From an uncultured Actinomycetes bacterium (GTDB lineage: Bacteria; Actinomycetota; UBA4738; JBBDTT01), in the NCBI GenBank assembly GCA_963742735.1, contig CAVUMN010000003.1, forward strand, positions 32,001 through 96,000: 64,000 nt of DNA, written 5' to 3'. The first letter of the stretch is position 1. The number at the start of each line of letters is the position of its first letter. A program made the position numbers and the translations under genes. The notes under the pieces were generated by a model. That model worked only from the letters and a program-made list of their open reading frames with translations. It had not been told where the DNA came from and did not search any database. This document shows, one piece after another, positions 41,611 to 51,507 of this stretch.

Positions 41611-42537
41611 CTACGGAATCAGCGGCGCAAAGAGTTCGCGGATCTGGTCGGTCCGCACCATCGCTGCCACCATCCCGATCCCGATCAGGACGGCGAACCC
41701 CGCCGCCGAGACCGCGTTGCGGGTCCCGCGACGGCCGAAGCCCTCGGCCGCCACCCCCCCCGCGATGCCGCCGACGAACCCGCCCATGTGCGCGAAGTGA
41801 TCGATGTTCGGGACGATGAACGCGAACACGAGGTTCAGCACCAGGATCGTCCAGACCCACCGCAGGTTCTGCGCGGCCATGGCGAGCTCCCGGCGTCGCC
41901 AGTTGTACGCGACGAACGCTCCGAGCAGCCCGAACACCGCGCCGGACGCCCCGACGCCGACGATCGTCGGCTCGCTGAACCAGTACGAGGCGACGCTGCC
42001 CAGGAACCCCGACACGAAGTAGATGGCGATGAACCGGATCCGGCCCATCGAGGTCTCGATCAGGTTCCCCAACAGGAACAGCGAGTAGCAGTTCACCGCG
42101 ACGTGCCACAGCCCGGCGTGCAGGAACATCGCGGTGACGAAGCGCCACCACTCGCCCGCCAGGGCGATCTGCACGGGCGACATGGCCCCGAGGTCGAGCA
42201 GGGTGATCACCGCGGGACCGCGTCCCAGCGCGCCGCCGGCGCCCTGGACCAGCTCGGCCACGAACATGGTGATGTTCATGGCGATCAGCACGCTGGTGAT
42301 CGCCCCGGGCCGGGAGAGGCGGTACGCCGCCCCGCGAGCTCGCTTCGCCAGCGGCTGGCGGGCGTCGCGCCGGGCCTCGGCGACGCAGGTGGGGCAGTGG
42401 TGGCCTACCGGCGCCGGGTTCATGCACTGCGGACAGATCGGGCGGCCGCACCGCGTGCAGTGGACCCGCGTCTCCTCCTTGGGATGGCGGTAGCAGTGCT
42501 CGATCTCTTCGGGGGCCTCGATCTCCGTGTCCGCCAT
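41611..42537 (-). CDS. Rhomboid intramembrane serine protease with an N-terminal zinc finger
   Basis: CYRHP..ET...CTRCGRPICPQCM...CPTC; WWRFVTAMFLH, GASGAVFG, HMGG. Confidence 0.93.
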   Translation of the reverse strand: MADTEIEAPEEIEHCYRHPKEETRVHCTRCGRPICPQCMNPAPVGHHCPTCVAEARRDARQPLAKRARGAAYRLSRPGAITSVLIAMNITMFVAELVQGAGGALGRGPAVITLLDLGAMSPVQIALAGEWWRFVTAMFLHAGLWHVAVNCYSLFLLGNLIETSMGRIRFIAIYFVSGFLGSVASYWFSEPTIVGVGASGAVFGLLGAFVAYNWRRRELAMAAQNLRWVWTILVLNLVFAFIVPNIDHFAHMGGFVGGIAGGVAAEGFGRRGTRNAVSAAGFAVLIGIGMVAAMVRTDQIRELFAPLIP

Positions 42538-42562
42538 CGACCGATCGTAGCAACGAGGCCGG

Positions 42563-43078
42563 TCAGCGCCGGGTCTCGAACATGACCCACTCGATGTCGC
42601 GGTAGCGCTCGATGCCCAGCTCGCGCCATCCGAGCCTGGTGAACACCCGGCGCATCGCGGCGTTCGCCGGCCGCGTCCCGGCCTCCACCCGGGTGGCCAC
42701 GCCGGAGTCGAAGATCCAGCGCACGAAGGCACGGATGGCCTCGCGGCCGTACCCGCGGCCGCGATCCGCCGGGTCGTAGATCATGATCCCGAGCCCGACC
42801 GTCCCCTCTGCCATGCCCTTGACCCGGTACGTCTGGATCTCGCCGAGCAGGCGGCCGCTTCGCGTGGCCATGGCCAGTACCACCCGGCCCCGCCACAGCC
42901 TGCCCGACGTGCGCAGGCGCCGGCGGAGCCGGTCCCGCGACGGCGGACCCCACGGCGAGGACACGGGGTCCAGCCCGCGCACGCCCGCGTGGGCGAGGTC
43001 GAGCTCGTCCATCCGGTAGGCGCGAAGCACGACCCTCCGCCCGCGAAGCACCGGGACGGGCCGGGCCTTCACGCCCAT
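42563..43078 (-). CDS. GNAT N-acetyltransferase (RimJ/RimL type)
   Basis: RVVLRAY, LGIMI...RGRGYGREA, N.AMRRVF..LGW. Confidence 0.8.
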   Translation of the reverse strand: MGVKARPVPVLRGRRVVLRAYRMDELDLAHAGVRGLDPVSSPWGPPSRDRLRRRLRTSGRLWRGRVVLAMATRSGRLLGEIQTYRVKGMAEGTVGLGIMIYDPADRGRGYGREAIRAFVRWIFDSGVATRVEAGTRPANAAMRRVFTRLGWRELGIERYRDIEWVMFETRR

Positions 43079-43124
43079 CCGATCACCCGGGCCATGGCGC
43101 GCAAGGATATGGGAGGGTGGGTTC

Positions 43125-44273
43125 GTGAGGGTCGGATCGGCGTTGATCACGGATCGGATCGGCCGGGAGGCCGCGATGGACGCCGCCGTTCGTGCGCGGA
43201 AGGGCCTGCGCGGCGAGCCGGCCTCCCTGGCGGCCGTGTTCGCCTCACCCCACCACTTCGGCGCGGCGGAGGCGATCCTCGACGCGATCCATGAGGCCGC
43301 CGGGCCCCAGGCGGTCATCGGCTGCATCGCCGAGTCGGTCGTCGGCGACGGCCGTGAGATCGAGGAGGCCCCGGCGATCTCGGTCTGGCTGGCGTCGCTG
43401 CCCGCGGCTCCCGAGACCTTCCACCTCCGCTTCGAGCCGATGACCGGCGGCGGGTCGTTCACCGGCTGGCCCGCGGACGACGGCGCCGGCGCGTACCTCA
43501 TGCTCGCCGACCCCTTCACCTTTCCGGTCGATCCGTTCCTGCGGGCGCTCGACGAGCGCACGCCGGGCAGCGCCATCGTCGGCGGGATGGCCAGCGGGGG
43601 GAGCGGCCCGGGCGGGACCGTGCTGTTCCGCGACCGCGAGGTCCTGGCCGACGGCGCGGTCGGGTGCCGTCTCCCCGTGACGATGGTTCCCCTCGTCTCC
43701 CAAGGGTGCCGGCCGGTCGGCCGGTCGTTCACGGTCACCCGCGCGGAGGGCAACGTCATCCACGAGCTCGCCGGCGAGCCCGCCCTGGACCGCATCCGGG
43801 AGACCTACGCGTCGCTGGCCCGGCCGGACAAGGAGCTGATGGCCAACGGCCTGCACATCGGCAGGGTCATCGACGAGTACAAGGCCGAGCACGGCCAGGG
43901 CGACTTCCTGATCCGCGCCGTCATCGGCGGCGACACCGACAACGGCGCGATCGCGGTGGGCGACGCGATCGAAGTGGGGGAGACCGTCCAGTTCCACGTC
44001 CGCGACGCGGCGTCGGCCGACGAGGATCTCCGCTCGATGCTCGACCGCCGCGACCTGGGCGGCACGCCGGCCGGAGTGCTGCTGTTCACGTGCAACGGCC
44101 GCGGCTCGCGGTTGTTCTCCACCCCCGACCACGACGCGGCGCTGATCGCCGACCAGCTGCGCGTCCCGACGGCCGGGTTCTTCGCGGCGGGCGAGATCGG
44201 ACCGGTCGGAGGGAGGAATTTCCTCCACGGGTTCACCGCGAGCCTCGCGGTGTTCGTCGACTCTGCGAGCTAG
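43125..44273 (+). CDS. FIST domain signal-transduction protein
   Basis: IGC.AESVVG..REIEE.PA, LADPF, GGMASG, VSQGCRPVG, FLIR, QFHVRDA, FTCNGRG, GFFAAGEIGP, LHGFTAS. Confidence 0.92.
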   Translation: MRVGSALITDRIGREAAMDAAVRARKGLRGEPASLAAVFASPHHFGAAEAILDAIHEAAGPQAVIGCIAESVVGDGREIEEAPAISVWLASLPAAPETFHLRFEPMTGGGSFTGWPADDGAGAYLMLADPFTFPVDPFLRALDERTPGSAIVGGMASGGSGPGGTVLFRDREVLADGAVGCRLPVTMVPLVSQGCRPVGRSFTVTRAEGNVIHELAGEPALDRIRETYASLARPDKELMANGLHIGRVIDEYKAEHGQGDFLIRAVIGGDTDNGAIAVGDAIEVGETVQFHVRDAASADEDLRSMLDRRDLGGTPAGVLLFTCNGRGSRLFSTPDHDAALIADQLRVPTAGFFAAGEIGPVGGRNFLHGFTASLAVFVDSAS

Positions 44274-44479
44274 GCCGCGATCAGGCGCCTGAACCCGCAC
44301 TCGGGGCAGCGCTCGTCCTCGGCCGTGAGCGGGTGGCCGCAGTACGCGCAGGGGCCGCTCTCGGCCGGCGGCTCGTCGCTCTTGTTGCGGTTGCGCGTCC
44401 CGTAGGCGAACACCAGCAGGACGATCACGATCGGGAGCAGGACCTCGTCCCAGCCACCCTGGTGCGCCAGCATGTTCAT
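44270..44479 (-). CDS. Small membrane protein with a C-terminal zinc ribbon (69 aa)
   Basis: MNMLAHQGGWDE, one TM, CAYC...CPEC; ATGA overlap with the upstream gene. Confidence 0.75.
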   Translation of the reverse strand: MNMLAHQGGWDEVLLPIVIVLLVFAYGTRNRNKSDEPPAESGPCAYCGHPLTAEDERCPECGFRRLIAA

Positions 44480-45798
44480 CCTCCCGACAGGATCAGCAGT
44501 CCGCCGGCCGTGAACGCCACCATCACCGCGAGCAGAGCGTACTGGGTGCGCAGGGCCCGCCGGGTCGGGAACGAGGCCACCGCCCGGTCGTGAGCCAGGA
44601 TCACGCCGCCGACGTGTCCGGCGACGATCGCCGCGACCTGCACGTACCAGATCGCCGTGGGCGAGACGAGCTGGAAGTTGGGGACCCAGGTCGCCGTCCC
44701 GATCAGGTCCCACCCCCGGCCGAACGGGTCGGCCAGGACCGACAGGCCGATCTGTCCCTCCAGGACCAGCGCCGAGAAGTAATGGGCCACCGCGTACGCG
44801 AGGGCGATCGGAACCAAGCTGTGGGCGAACTTCACCGCCAGGGGATGCCGTCGCTGGCCGGACAGCGCGGCTCCCGCCCCCATGGCGAACGCGTAGATCC
44901 CCGAGACGACGAGCACCATCCCCACCAGGCCGGCCGTGGACAGCAGGGTCCGGGCGAGGCCCGAGGTCCCGCCCAGCCACGACAGCCACAGCGAGGTCCG
45001 CGAGAAGCCGTCGAACGACGTGGACCCGATCAGGACCATCAGGACCGCGACCAGTCCCGGCTGGGGCCGCACCGCGGTCAGCCCCGCGAGCGGCGGCCTG
45101 ACGACGACGCGGCCCTCCTCATCGCGGGCGAGCGGCGCCATTCGCCCCAGCAATTCGAAGTAGACCGCGAACCCCTCGCCGCCTCGGTTCCACGTGTCGC
45201 GGCCGAACGCCGACATCCCCAGCAGCGTGACGGCGGTGTACACGAGCATCGCGATGCCCAGGATCCGGGGGTCCGAGCCCTGCGGGTACACCAGCTCCAT
45301 CCACACGAACCCCAGCAGCGCGAGCGCCGCGGGCCACCGCCCGAGCCATCTCGGGTACTCGCGCTCGCCTTCCTCGAGGCGCAGAAGCCGCGCGAGGGTG
45401 TCGAACGGCGAGAGCGTGGCCCACAGGTTCCCGAACAGCGCGTGGAGGAAGGCGAGCCCGATCCAGAACCAGATGTAGACGATCCACGGGGCCGGGTTGA
45501 GGTCGGCGACGGGGTCGCCGAACAGCGCCGCCGCGAGGATCAGCAGGAAGAACGCGAGGGAGAGCCCGCGCACGGTCCACTCCACGGCGGGCGCGCGCAG
45601 GAGCCGCTGCAGCCGGTCGGACACGGGTCGTCCGGACCGGCCACCCTCGAGGCGCGGCTCCGGCCACAGCGCCGCGAGGGCCACGAACGACACGACGACC
45701 ACGGTCGCGGCGCCGTAGACGAACAGCCACCGGGGGACGGGGAGGTCGACCCGGCCGCCGATGCCGTGGGCGAGGATCCCGCCCAGGCCGGAGGTCAC
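44476..45798 (-). CDS. Polytopic membrane protein (family often labelled 'fenitrothion hydrolase'-like; function unknown)
   Basis: LAHGIGGR.DLPVP, SFDG, SLVPIA.AY.VAHYF, DPFGRGWDL.GT, GHVGGV.LAHD, QY..L..MV. Confidence 0.8.
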   Translation of the reverse strand: MTSGLGGILAHGIGGRVDLPVPRWLFVYGAATVVVVSFVALAALWPEPRLEGGRSGRPVSDRLQRLLRAPAVEWTVRGLSLAFFLLILAAALFGDPVADLNPAPWIVYIWFWIGLAFLHALFGNLWATLSPFDTLARLLRLEEGEREYPRWLGRWPAALALLGFVWMELVYPQGSDPRILGIAMLVYTAVTLLGMSAFGRDTWNRGGEGFAVYFELLGRMAPLARDEEGRVVVRPPLAGLTAVRPQPGLVAVLMVLIGSTSFDGFSRTSLWLSWLGGTSGLARTLLSTAGLVGMVLVVSGIYAFAMGAGAALSGQRRHPLAVKFAHSLVPIALAYAVAHYFSALVLEGQIGLSVLADPFGRGWDLIGTATWVPNFQLVSPTAIWYVQVAAIVAGHVGGVILAHDRAVASFPTRRALRTQYALLAVMVAFTAGGLLILSGG

Positions 45799-46244
45799 GC
45801 CCCGACTTCCAGCCTGAACAGCAGGACCGAGCGCTCCTCGAGCTCGACCTCGAACACGCCGGAGATGTCGGCCACGAACTGGAACTCCGCCGGCTGGCCC
45901 GGTCCGACGTCCTTCTTGAAGTCGTAGGTGTGCACGTGCACCTCATCGGCCACGTCCGAGGTGACTACGATGTGGACCGTCGCCCCGCGCGGGACCTGGA
46001 CCCGGCCCCCCTCCGGCCCCTGGGTAACCTGCCCGTCCTCGAACTCGACCTCGACCTCGACCACGTCGGGGGTCGGCGAGGTGGTCGTCGTCTCGGTCGG
46101 CGTGACGGAGGACGTCTCGGTCGAGGTCGGCGTCGGCGAGGCTCCGTTCGATGGCCCCTCGTCCGAGGGGCGGAGAACCAGGAACAGCGTGACGAGGGCG
46201 GCGACGCCCACCACGAGCGCGATCCAGCGGGTGCTCTTGTTCAT
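45795..46244 (-). CDS. Membrane-anchored cupredoxin-like protein
   Basis: TM plus Pro/Thr linker, then V..G..V.IVVTSD..DEVHVHTYD...F.A...G.FEVELE. Confidence 0.75.
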   Translation of the reverse strand: MNKSTRWIALVVGVAALVTLFLVLRPSDEGPSNGASPTPTSTETSSVTPTETTTTSPTPDVVEVEVEFEDGQVTQGPEGGRVQVPRGATVHIVVTSDVADEVHVHTYDFKKDVGPGQPAEFQFVADISGVFEVELEERSVLLFRLEVGA

Positions 46245-46285
46245 GCGGCAAGCGTATCGGGAGGAGCGGGGTTTCGGTGGCCGGC

Positions 46286-46696
46286 CTAGCCGTGCTCCCA
46301 GGCGGTCCAGTCCTGCACGTCGACCGCGAGCACAATCTCGCCGGGGTCGGTCTCGGCGTACTGGGGGTACTTGTCGCGCAGCAGCCCCAGGGCCCGGTCG
46401 GTCTCCTGTTCGTTGTCCACCACCCGGCCCGCCCCCCGGACCCGCACCCACCACAGCGAGCGCCACCGCTCGGCGTACTCGTCCACGAGCACCGTCACGC
46501 GCGGATCCCGCTCGATGTTGGCCACGCGCTTCAGCCTGGTGGTGCGCTTGGGCTTCGCGTCGACGGGCGAGAACAGGGTGTCGCCGTCGAGGACGAAGAC
46601 GAAGGGCACGACGTTCGGCCGTCCGTCCGGGTCGATGGTGGCCAGGCGGCCGACGGGGGCCGCGGCCACCCGCCGGCGCATCTCCTCCGGGCTCAC
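46286..46696 (-). CDS. PPOX-class (probably F420-dependent) oxidoreductase, TIGR03668-like
   Basis: VGRLAT...G.P..VPFVF, VDAKPK....LKR..NI..DPRV.VLVD.Y...W..LWWVRVRG. Confidence 0.85.
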   Translation of the reverse strand: MSPEEMRRRVAAAPVGRLATIDPDGRPNVVPFVFVLDGDTLFSPVDAKPKRTTRLKRVANIERDPRVTVLVDEYAERWRSLWWVRVRGAGRVVDNEQETDRALGLLRDKYPQYAETDPGEIVLAVDVQDWTAWEHG

Positions 46697-47293
46697 AGAG
46701 CCCCTTCGATCGCGAGCAGCGTCCGCTTTCGGTCCAGGCCGCCGCCGTAGCCGCCGAGCCCCCCGTCCTTGTGGAGCACCCGGTGACACGGGACCACGAT
46801 CGGGATGGGGTTGGCGCCCAGGGCATTTCCGGCGGCGCGCTGCGCCCGGGGGCTTCCCGCCCGCTTCGCGACGTCGGTGTAGGTCGAGACCGATCCGAAC
46901 GGGATCCGTGCGGTCGCCTCGAGCACCTTGCGGGTGAACCCACGCAGGATCGTCCAGTCCACCGGGACCTCGAACCGCGTGCGCCGGCCGTCGAAGTACT
47001 CGTCGAGCTCGCGGCGGGCCTGGTCCAGGCGGGCCGGGCGCGTGCAGGATCCGGGGGCTCACGTCGGCGGCGATCTCCTCGAGGATCTCGTCCTCGGTCT
47101 CCCCGTCGATCCAGTGGACCCGGACCAGTCCCCGCGAGGAGTTGGCCAGGATCAGCCGGCCGATGGGGGAGTCCATCTGGTCGTATGCCACGTCGGTTTC
47201 GCCGGCCATGCGCGCGGCGAACCGCTCGGCCGCCGCCCGGGCCAGCTCCGGGATCTCCCTCCCGCCCTTCAGCGCGCGCGTCACGTCGCTCAT
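46693..47293 (-). CDS. ogt: Methylated-DNA--protein-cysteine methyltransferase (frameshift at about 47036)
   Basis: DSPIGRL, RELDEYF.GRR..F, IPFG.V.TY, RAAGNALGANPIPIVVPCHRV. Confidence 0.9.
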
Positions 47294-47767
47294 GACCTCG
47301 CCTCCCAGACCTCACGGAGCTTGCGGACGCCCTGGTAGGCGTTCGCGCGCGCCGACTCCTCGGTCGTGTCGATCAGCCTGGCCACGTCCGCGTAGGCCAG
47401 GTCGTGCACGTAACGATGGACCACGGCCGCCCGCTGCTTCGGCGGCAGCTCGCGCACGGCCCGCCACAGCTCGGGCTCGCCGTCGGTCGCCTCCCGTCCG
47501 CCGGGTCGCTCGGGAAGCTCCTCCACGGGCAGCGGCCGCCGCGACCGTCCGCGCCCGGCGTCGATCGCCTTGCGGGTGGCGATCTTCAGGATCCACGGAG
47601 CGGAGGTCGCCGCCGGGCCGCAGCCGGGGGTACGCGCGGTACGCGGCCAGGAACGTCTCCTGGAAGACGTCGTCGGCGTCGTCCGGCCCGGCCATCGCCC
47701 GGACCACGCGGTAGACCGTCGTGCGGTGCTCGTCCAGGAACCGCTGGAACGGCGGGATCGGATCCAC
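47290..47767 (-). CDS. ECF RNA polymerase sigma factor (frameshift at about 47598)
   Basis: PPFQRFL, DADDVFQETFLAA.RAYP, WILKIA.RKAID, LW.AV..LPPKQRAAV..RY..DL.Y. Confidence 0.88.
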
Positions 47768-47809
47768 GCGCTGCAACACGTCCGGCGGCCGCCTTCCGTG
47801 AAACGGAGG

Positions 47810-48560
47810 TCATAATCGGGGGCCACGGGACGTGGCGGTACGGACCGGGCTCGGGGAACCGCCCCCGCGCGGCGAGGGCCTCCGCCCGGGCGGCGGTCTC
47901 CTCCGCCTCCTCCGGCGAGAGCAGCTCCGTCAGCCGCCCGGCGAGCGGCGGCTCCCGGAGCGTCTTCGCGGCGGCGCGCACGTCGGCGAGCAGCTCCGGC
48001 GGAACGGCGTCGCCGGCGAAGTCCCACACCACCGTGCGCATGGTGGGTTCCACGTTGAAGCAGGTCCCGTGGTCGACGAGCCACACGCGATCGTCCGGGC
48101 CGAGCAGACAGTGTCCGCCCTTGCGGTCGGCGTTGTTCACGATCGCGTCGAACAGGGCCACGCGCATGAACGCCTCGGCGCGGCCGGCGCGGAGCGTGAA
48201 GTAGTGCTGGTCGGGGTCGTGCTCGACGAAGACCTGGACGGCGCCGATCCCGTGCGGGCCGTCGCCCTGAACGGTGAGAGGGACGTCGGGCCACCCGAGC
48301 GCGTTCGCGACCTCGAACGCGGCGATCTCCCGGCGCCACAGCGTCCCCTCGGGGAAGTCCCACAGCGGCGCCTCGCCCCGGCGCGGCTTGTAGATGGCGA
48401 GGGTCGTGCCGGCCTCGCCGGTCGCCTCGGCCAGGAAGGTGCCGTTGGACGCGCCCGCCACCAGCCCCAGCAGGCGAAGGTTCCCGCCGGCCAGGGCCTC
48501 GCGCAGCGCGGGCCCGCTCAGACCGACCCGATCTCCCGATGTCCGTTCTTCGCCGCGCAC
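47810..48560 (-). CDS. SCO1664 family protein (kinase-like); stop displaced by a probable 1-nt insertion at about 47814
   Basis: ASN.TFL, YKP..GE.PLWDFP.GTL..RE.AA, D..VNNADRKGGH, DHG..F, terminal PWPP. Confidence 0.85.
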
Positions 48561-49033
48561 CAGTGCCCCTCGGGATCCATGGGTTGACCGCACAGCTGGC
48601 AGGCCGGGCGGCCCGACGCCACCACCTCGGCGCCGTGACGGGCCAGGCCGAGCATCTGCTCGCGGGTGGCCCACAGTCGCGCCTCCTCGGGAACGCGATC
48701 CTTCGGCTCCTCGTCCTCGGGGATCATCTCCTCGAGGTCCAGCACCAACAGGTCGCGCTCCTCCTGATAGCCGATCGAGAGGCGGCCGGCCCGCCACTCG
48801 CCCGCCACGGGCTCCTCCAGGACCAGCTCCGCGTCGGCGATCGCGGCCGGGTCGGTCTCGATGCCGACCTTCTCCAGGATCTCCATGATCGACGCGGCGA
48901 GCAGCCGGACCTGCTCCTTCTCCAGGACCACGGTGAGGGTCTCGGGTCCCTTGCGGGCCTGCAGGAAGAACGTGCGGTCCCCGGGCTCGCCCACCGCGTC
49001 CGCGGTGATGCGATCGACCGGGTCGAGCTCCAC
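48518..49033 (-). CDS. DUF3090 family protein
   Basis: A.AVGEPG.RTFFLQA, LEKEQV, L.EP...E.RAG, VV..GRP.C.LCG.P.DP.GH.C...NG. Confidence 0.88.
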   Translation of the reverse strand: MELDPVDRITADAVGEPGDRTFFLQARKGPETLTVVLEKEQVRLLAASIMEILEKVGIETDPAAIADAELVLEEPVAGEWRAGRLSIGYQEERDLLVLDLEEMIPEDEEPKDRVPEEARLWATREQMLGLARHGAEVVASGRPACQLCGQPMDPEGHWCAAKNGHREIGSV

Positions 49034-49038
49034 GCTTC

Positions 49039-49695
49039 CTATCCTCCCACCGCCCGCGCCCGAGGTTTCCGGGGCGGCGGCTTCTGCGGGGTCAGGTCCA
49101 GCAGCGTGCCGGTGTCGTTCACGCGAAGGACCCGCGGCGTGCCGCCCTCCAGGACCACCGCCGACACCGAGGCCGGCGACACCGCCGTCCGCTGGAACAG
49201 GTCGATGTGCACGCCCGAGTAGTGGGCGAGCAGCAGCCGGATGACGTCCGCGTGGGTGGCCGCGACGATCGTCCGGCGCGGGTGGCGGGCCGCCAGCTCG
49301 TTGACCGCCGCCACCGCCCGGGCCTGGACCTCGCCGAGCGTCTCGCCGTTGGGGAACCGCACCTGCGAGGGCGCGCGCATGATCTGCTTCCACAGGTTCG
49401 TGCGGACCAGCGAGCGCAGCGGCCGGCCCGTCCAGTCGCCGTAGCGGACCTCCCCCAGGTCCTCGACCTCACCGACCTGCAGCCGCTGTCGCGACGCGAT
49501 CGCGTCGGCCGTCTCCCGGCACCGCTCCAGCGGGCTGGAATAGACGGCGGCGAGCTTGAGGGCCGTGAGCCGCTCGCCGAGCGCGGCGGCCTGGGCCCGC
49601 CCGGGCTCGTCGAGGTGATGCCCCGGGGCCCACCCGGTCAGGGTGTGTCCGGTGGCCGCGGTCGTCGCGTGTCGAACGAGCAGTACCAGCGCCAT
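49039..49695 (-). CDS. Histidine phosphatase (MSMEG_4193-like phosphomutase)
   Basis: LLVRHA, SSPLERC.ETA, EV.YGDWTG, FP.GE, THADVI. Confidence 0.9.
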   Translation of the reverse strand: MALVLLVRHATTAATGHTLTGWAPGHHLDEPGRAQAAALGERLTALKLAAVYSSPLERCRETADAIASRQRLQVGEVEDLGEVRYGDWTGRPLRSLVRTNLWKQIMRAPSQVRFPNGETLGEVQARAVAAVNELAARHPRRTIVAATHADVIRLLLAHYSGVHIDLFQRTAVSPASVSAVVLEGGTPRVLRVNDTGTLLDLTPQKPPPRKPRARAVGG

Positions 49696-49714
49696 CGCAC
49701 GCGAAGGATACGGG

Positions 49715-51418
49715 TCAGGGCGAGGCGGGGAGGCGGACCTCGAACGTGGTGCCACGGCCGAGCTCGCTGTCGACCGATACCGATCCGCCGTGGTTCTCGG
49801 CGACGTGCTTCACGATCGACAGTCCGAGGCCTGTCCCGCCGGTCTCGCGGGACCGGGCCCGGTCGACGCGGTAGAACCGCTCGAAGATCCGGGGCAGGTC
49901 CCGGGTGGGGATCCCGACGCCGGTGTCCGCCACGCGGATCAGCGCGGTCCCGTCCTCGGAGGACAGGCCGACGTCCACGCGCCCGCCCTCGGCCGTGTAG
50001 CGGACGGCGTTGTCGACCAGGTTGCGGACCAGCAGCCGCAGGTCGCGCTCGGAGCCGCGGACCTCGACCGGCCCGCCGGGCTCGACGCGCACCCGAACCC
50101 CGGCCGAGCCCGCCGGCTCCGCGAAGCGCTCGGCCTCCTCCCGGACGACGCCGTCCAGCCGGACCCGTTCCACCTGCTCCGACCCCGCCTCCAGCCGCGA
50201 CAGGTCCAGCAGGTCGGACACGATCCGCGACAGGCGGACGGCCTCCTTCTCGACCCGGTCCGCGAATCGCGGAACGACGTGCGGATCGTCGAGCGCCGCC
50301 TGGGAGATCGTCTCCGCGGCCGCCTGGATCGAGGCGACGGGCGTCTTCAGCTCGTGGGAGGCGTTGGTGACGAAGTCTCGCCGGACCGCCTCCAGCCGCC
50401 GGGCCTGCGTCACGTCCCTGACCACGAGCAGGATCGATCCGCCGGGCTCGACGGGGACGAAGGCGCATCGCAGCCACCGGGCCGGCGACCCGGTCTCCAC
50501 CTCGGTCGCGGTCGGGCCACCGGCGGCCGGCGCCGCCTCGGCCGCGTCGCGCAGCCGGATGGGGAGCAGCGAGCGCAGCGAGGACGGGTGGCTCCCGAGA
50601 TGGCGCTCGACCGCGGCGTTCGCGAACGTGACCTCCCCGTCGGCCGCGGCGAGCAGCACGCCCTCCTCCATCGAGGACAGGATCAGGTCGCGGGTGCGCT
50701 GCGCGTCCTCGGCCGTCCGCATCTGTGTCTCGATGCGTTCGGACATCGAGTTCAGGGTGTCGGCCAGGAGCGCGAGCTCGACGGGTCCGTCGGACCCGAG
50801 CCTCGGCGGCAGGCCTCGATCGTCCGTGCGCTCGAGCGACTCGGTCAGCCTCCGGAGCGGCCTCGCGACGCTGCGGCCGACCAGGAGGACCCCCGCGACG
50901 GTCGCGGCCGCGGTCACGATCAGCCCGAGGATCACGGCGGTTCGCACCCGGCGCTGCTGCGTCCGCACCCGGGTGAGGGGATAGGCGAGCCTCACGACGC
51001 GGCCGTTCTCCGGCGGCAGGGCGACGTACAGCAACTCGATGCCCACGCTCTGGCTGAGGCGGGTGTCCGTGCCGATCCGTCCGGCCAGGGCCTCGCGAAC
51101 CTCGGGGCGGTCCGCGTGGTTCTCGAGCCCCTCCGGATCGCGGTCGGACTCCGCGACGACCTCTCCGTCGGAGCGGATCACCGTGATGCGAACGTCGCCC
51201 GCTCGGCCGAGCCGCACGGCCGCGTCCTGCGCCGCCTCGTCGTCGGCCGGCAGCGCCGAACGGATGGTCTGGGCCTGCGAGACGAGCGACTCGGTCAGGG
51301 CCTCGACGGCTTCTCGCTGCAGGGTGCGATCCAGGACGAATCCGAGCGCGGCCAGGAGGACGAGGACCACCGCGACCTGCCAGGCGAACAGTCTGCCGAC
51401 GAGCGTCCGGGGCCTCAC
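49715..51418 (-). CDS. phoR: Phosphate-regulon sensor histidine kinase (PhoR/SenX3-like)
   Basis: Two TM segments, ENH.DRPEV..AL, HAMP, PAS-like, RRDFV.NASHELKTP, NLVDNA.RY, FERFYRVDRARSRETGGTGLGL; adjacent to the pst locus. Confidence 0.85.
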   Translation of the reverse strand: MRPRTLVGRLFAWQVAVVLVLLAALGFVLDRTLQREAVEALTESLVSQAQTIRSALPADDEAAQDAAVRLGRAGDVRITVIRSDGEVVAESDRDPEGLENHADRPEVREALAGRIGTDTRLSQSVGIELLYVALPPENGRVVRLAYPLTRVRTQQRRVRTAVILGLIVTAAATVAGVLLVGRSVARPLRRLTESLERTDDRGLPPRLGSDGPVELALLADTLNSMSERIETQMRTAEDAQRTRDLILSSMEEGVLLAAADGEVTFANAAVERHLGSHPSSLRSLLPIRLRDAAEAAPAAGGPTATEVETGSPARWLRCAFVPVEPGGSILLVVRDVTQARRLEAVRRDFVTNASHELKTPVASIQAAAETISQAALDDPHVVPRFADRVEKEAVRLSRIVSDLLDLSRLEAGSEQVERVRLDGVVREEAERFAEPAGSAGVRVRVEPGGPVEVRGSERDLRLLVRNLVDNAVRYTAEGGRVDVGLSSEDGTALIRVADTGVGIPTRDLPRIFERFYRVDRARSRETGGTGLGLSIVKHVAENHGGSVSVDSELGRGTTFEVRLPASP

Positions 51419-51446
51419 GACGGCGTCAGTCTAGGGGGGGACCAAG

Positions 51447-51501
51447 CTTCATCGGCCGTTCACCGTCGGGCCGGGGCGCGGCCACCCCTGATCGCTACGG
51501 T
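51447..51501 (+). promoter_or_regulatory. PHO box plus -10 element
   Basis: CTTCA (51447) and GTTCA (51458) are 11 bp apart; TACGGT at 51496. Confidence 0.7.
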
Positions 51502-51507
51502 GCGGAC

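Noticed and set aside
45795-48797. Long track ORFs joining Ogt to PPOX (46286..47293), extending the cupredoxin-like gene (45795..47315) or extending SCO1664 (47586..48797)
   Set aside because: These are chimeras of frameshifted or off-frame segments; each family has its own start and end.
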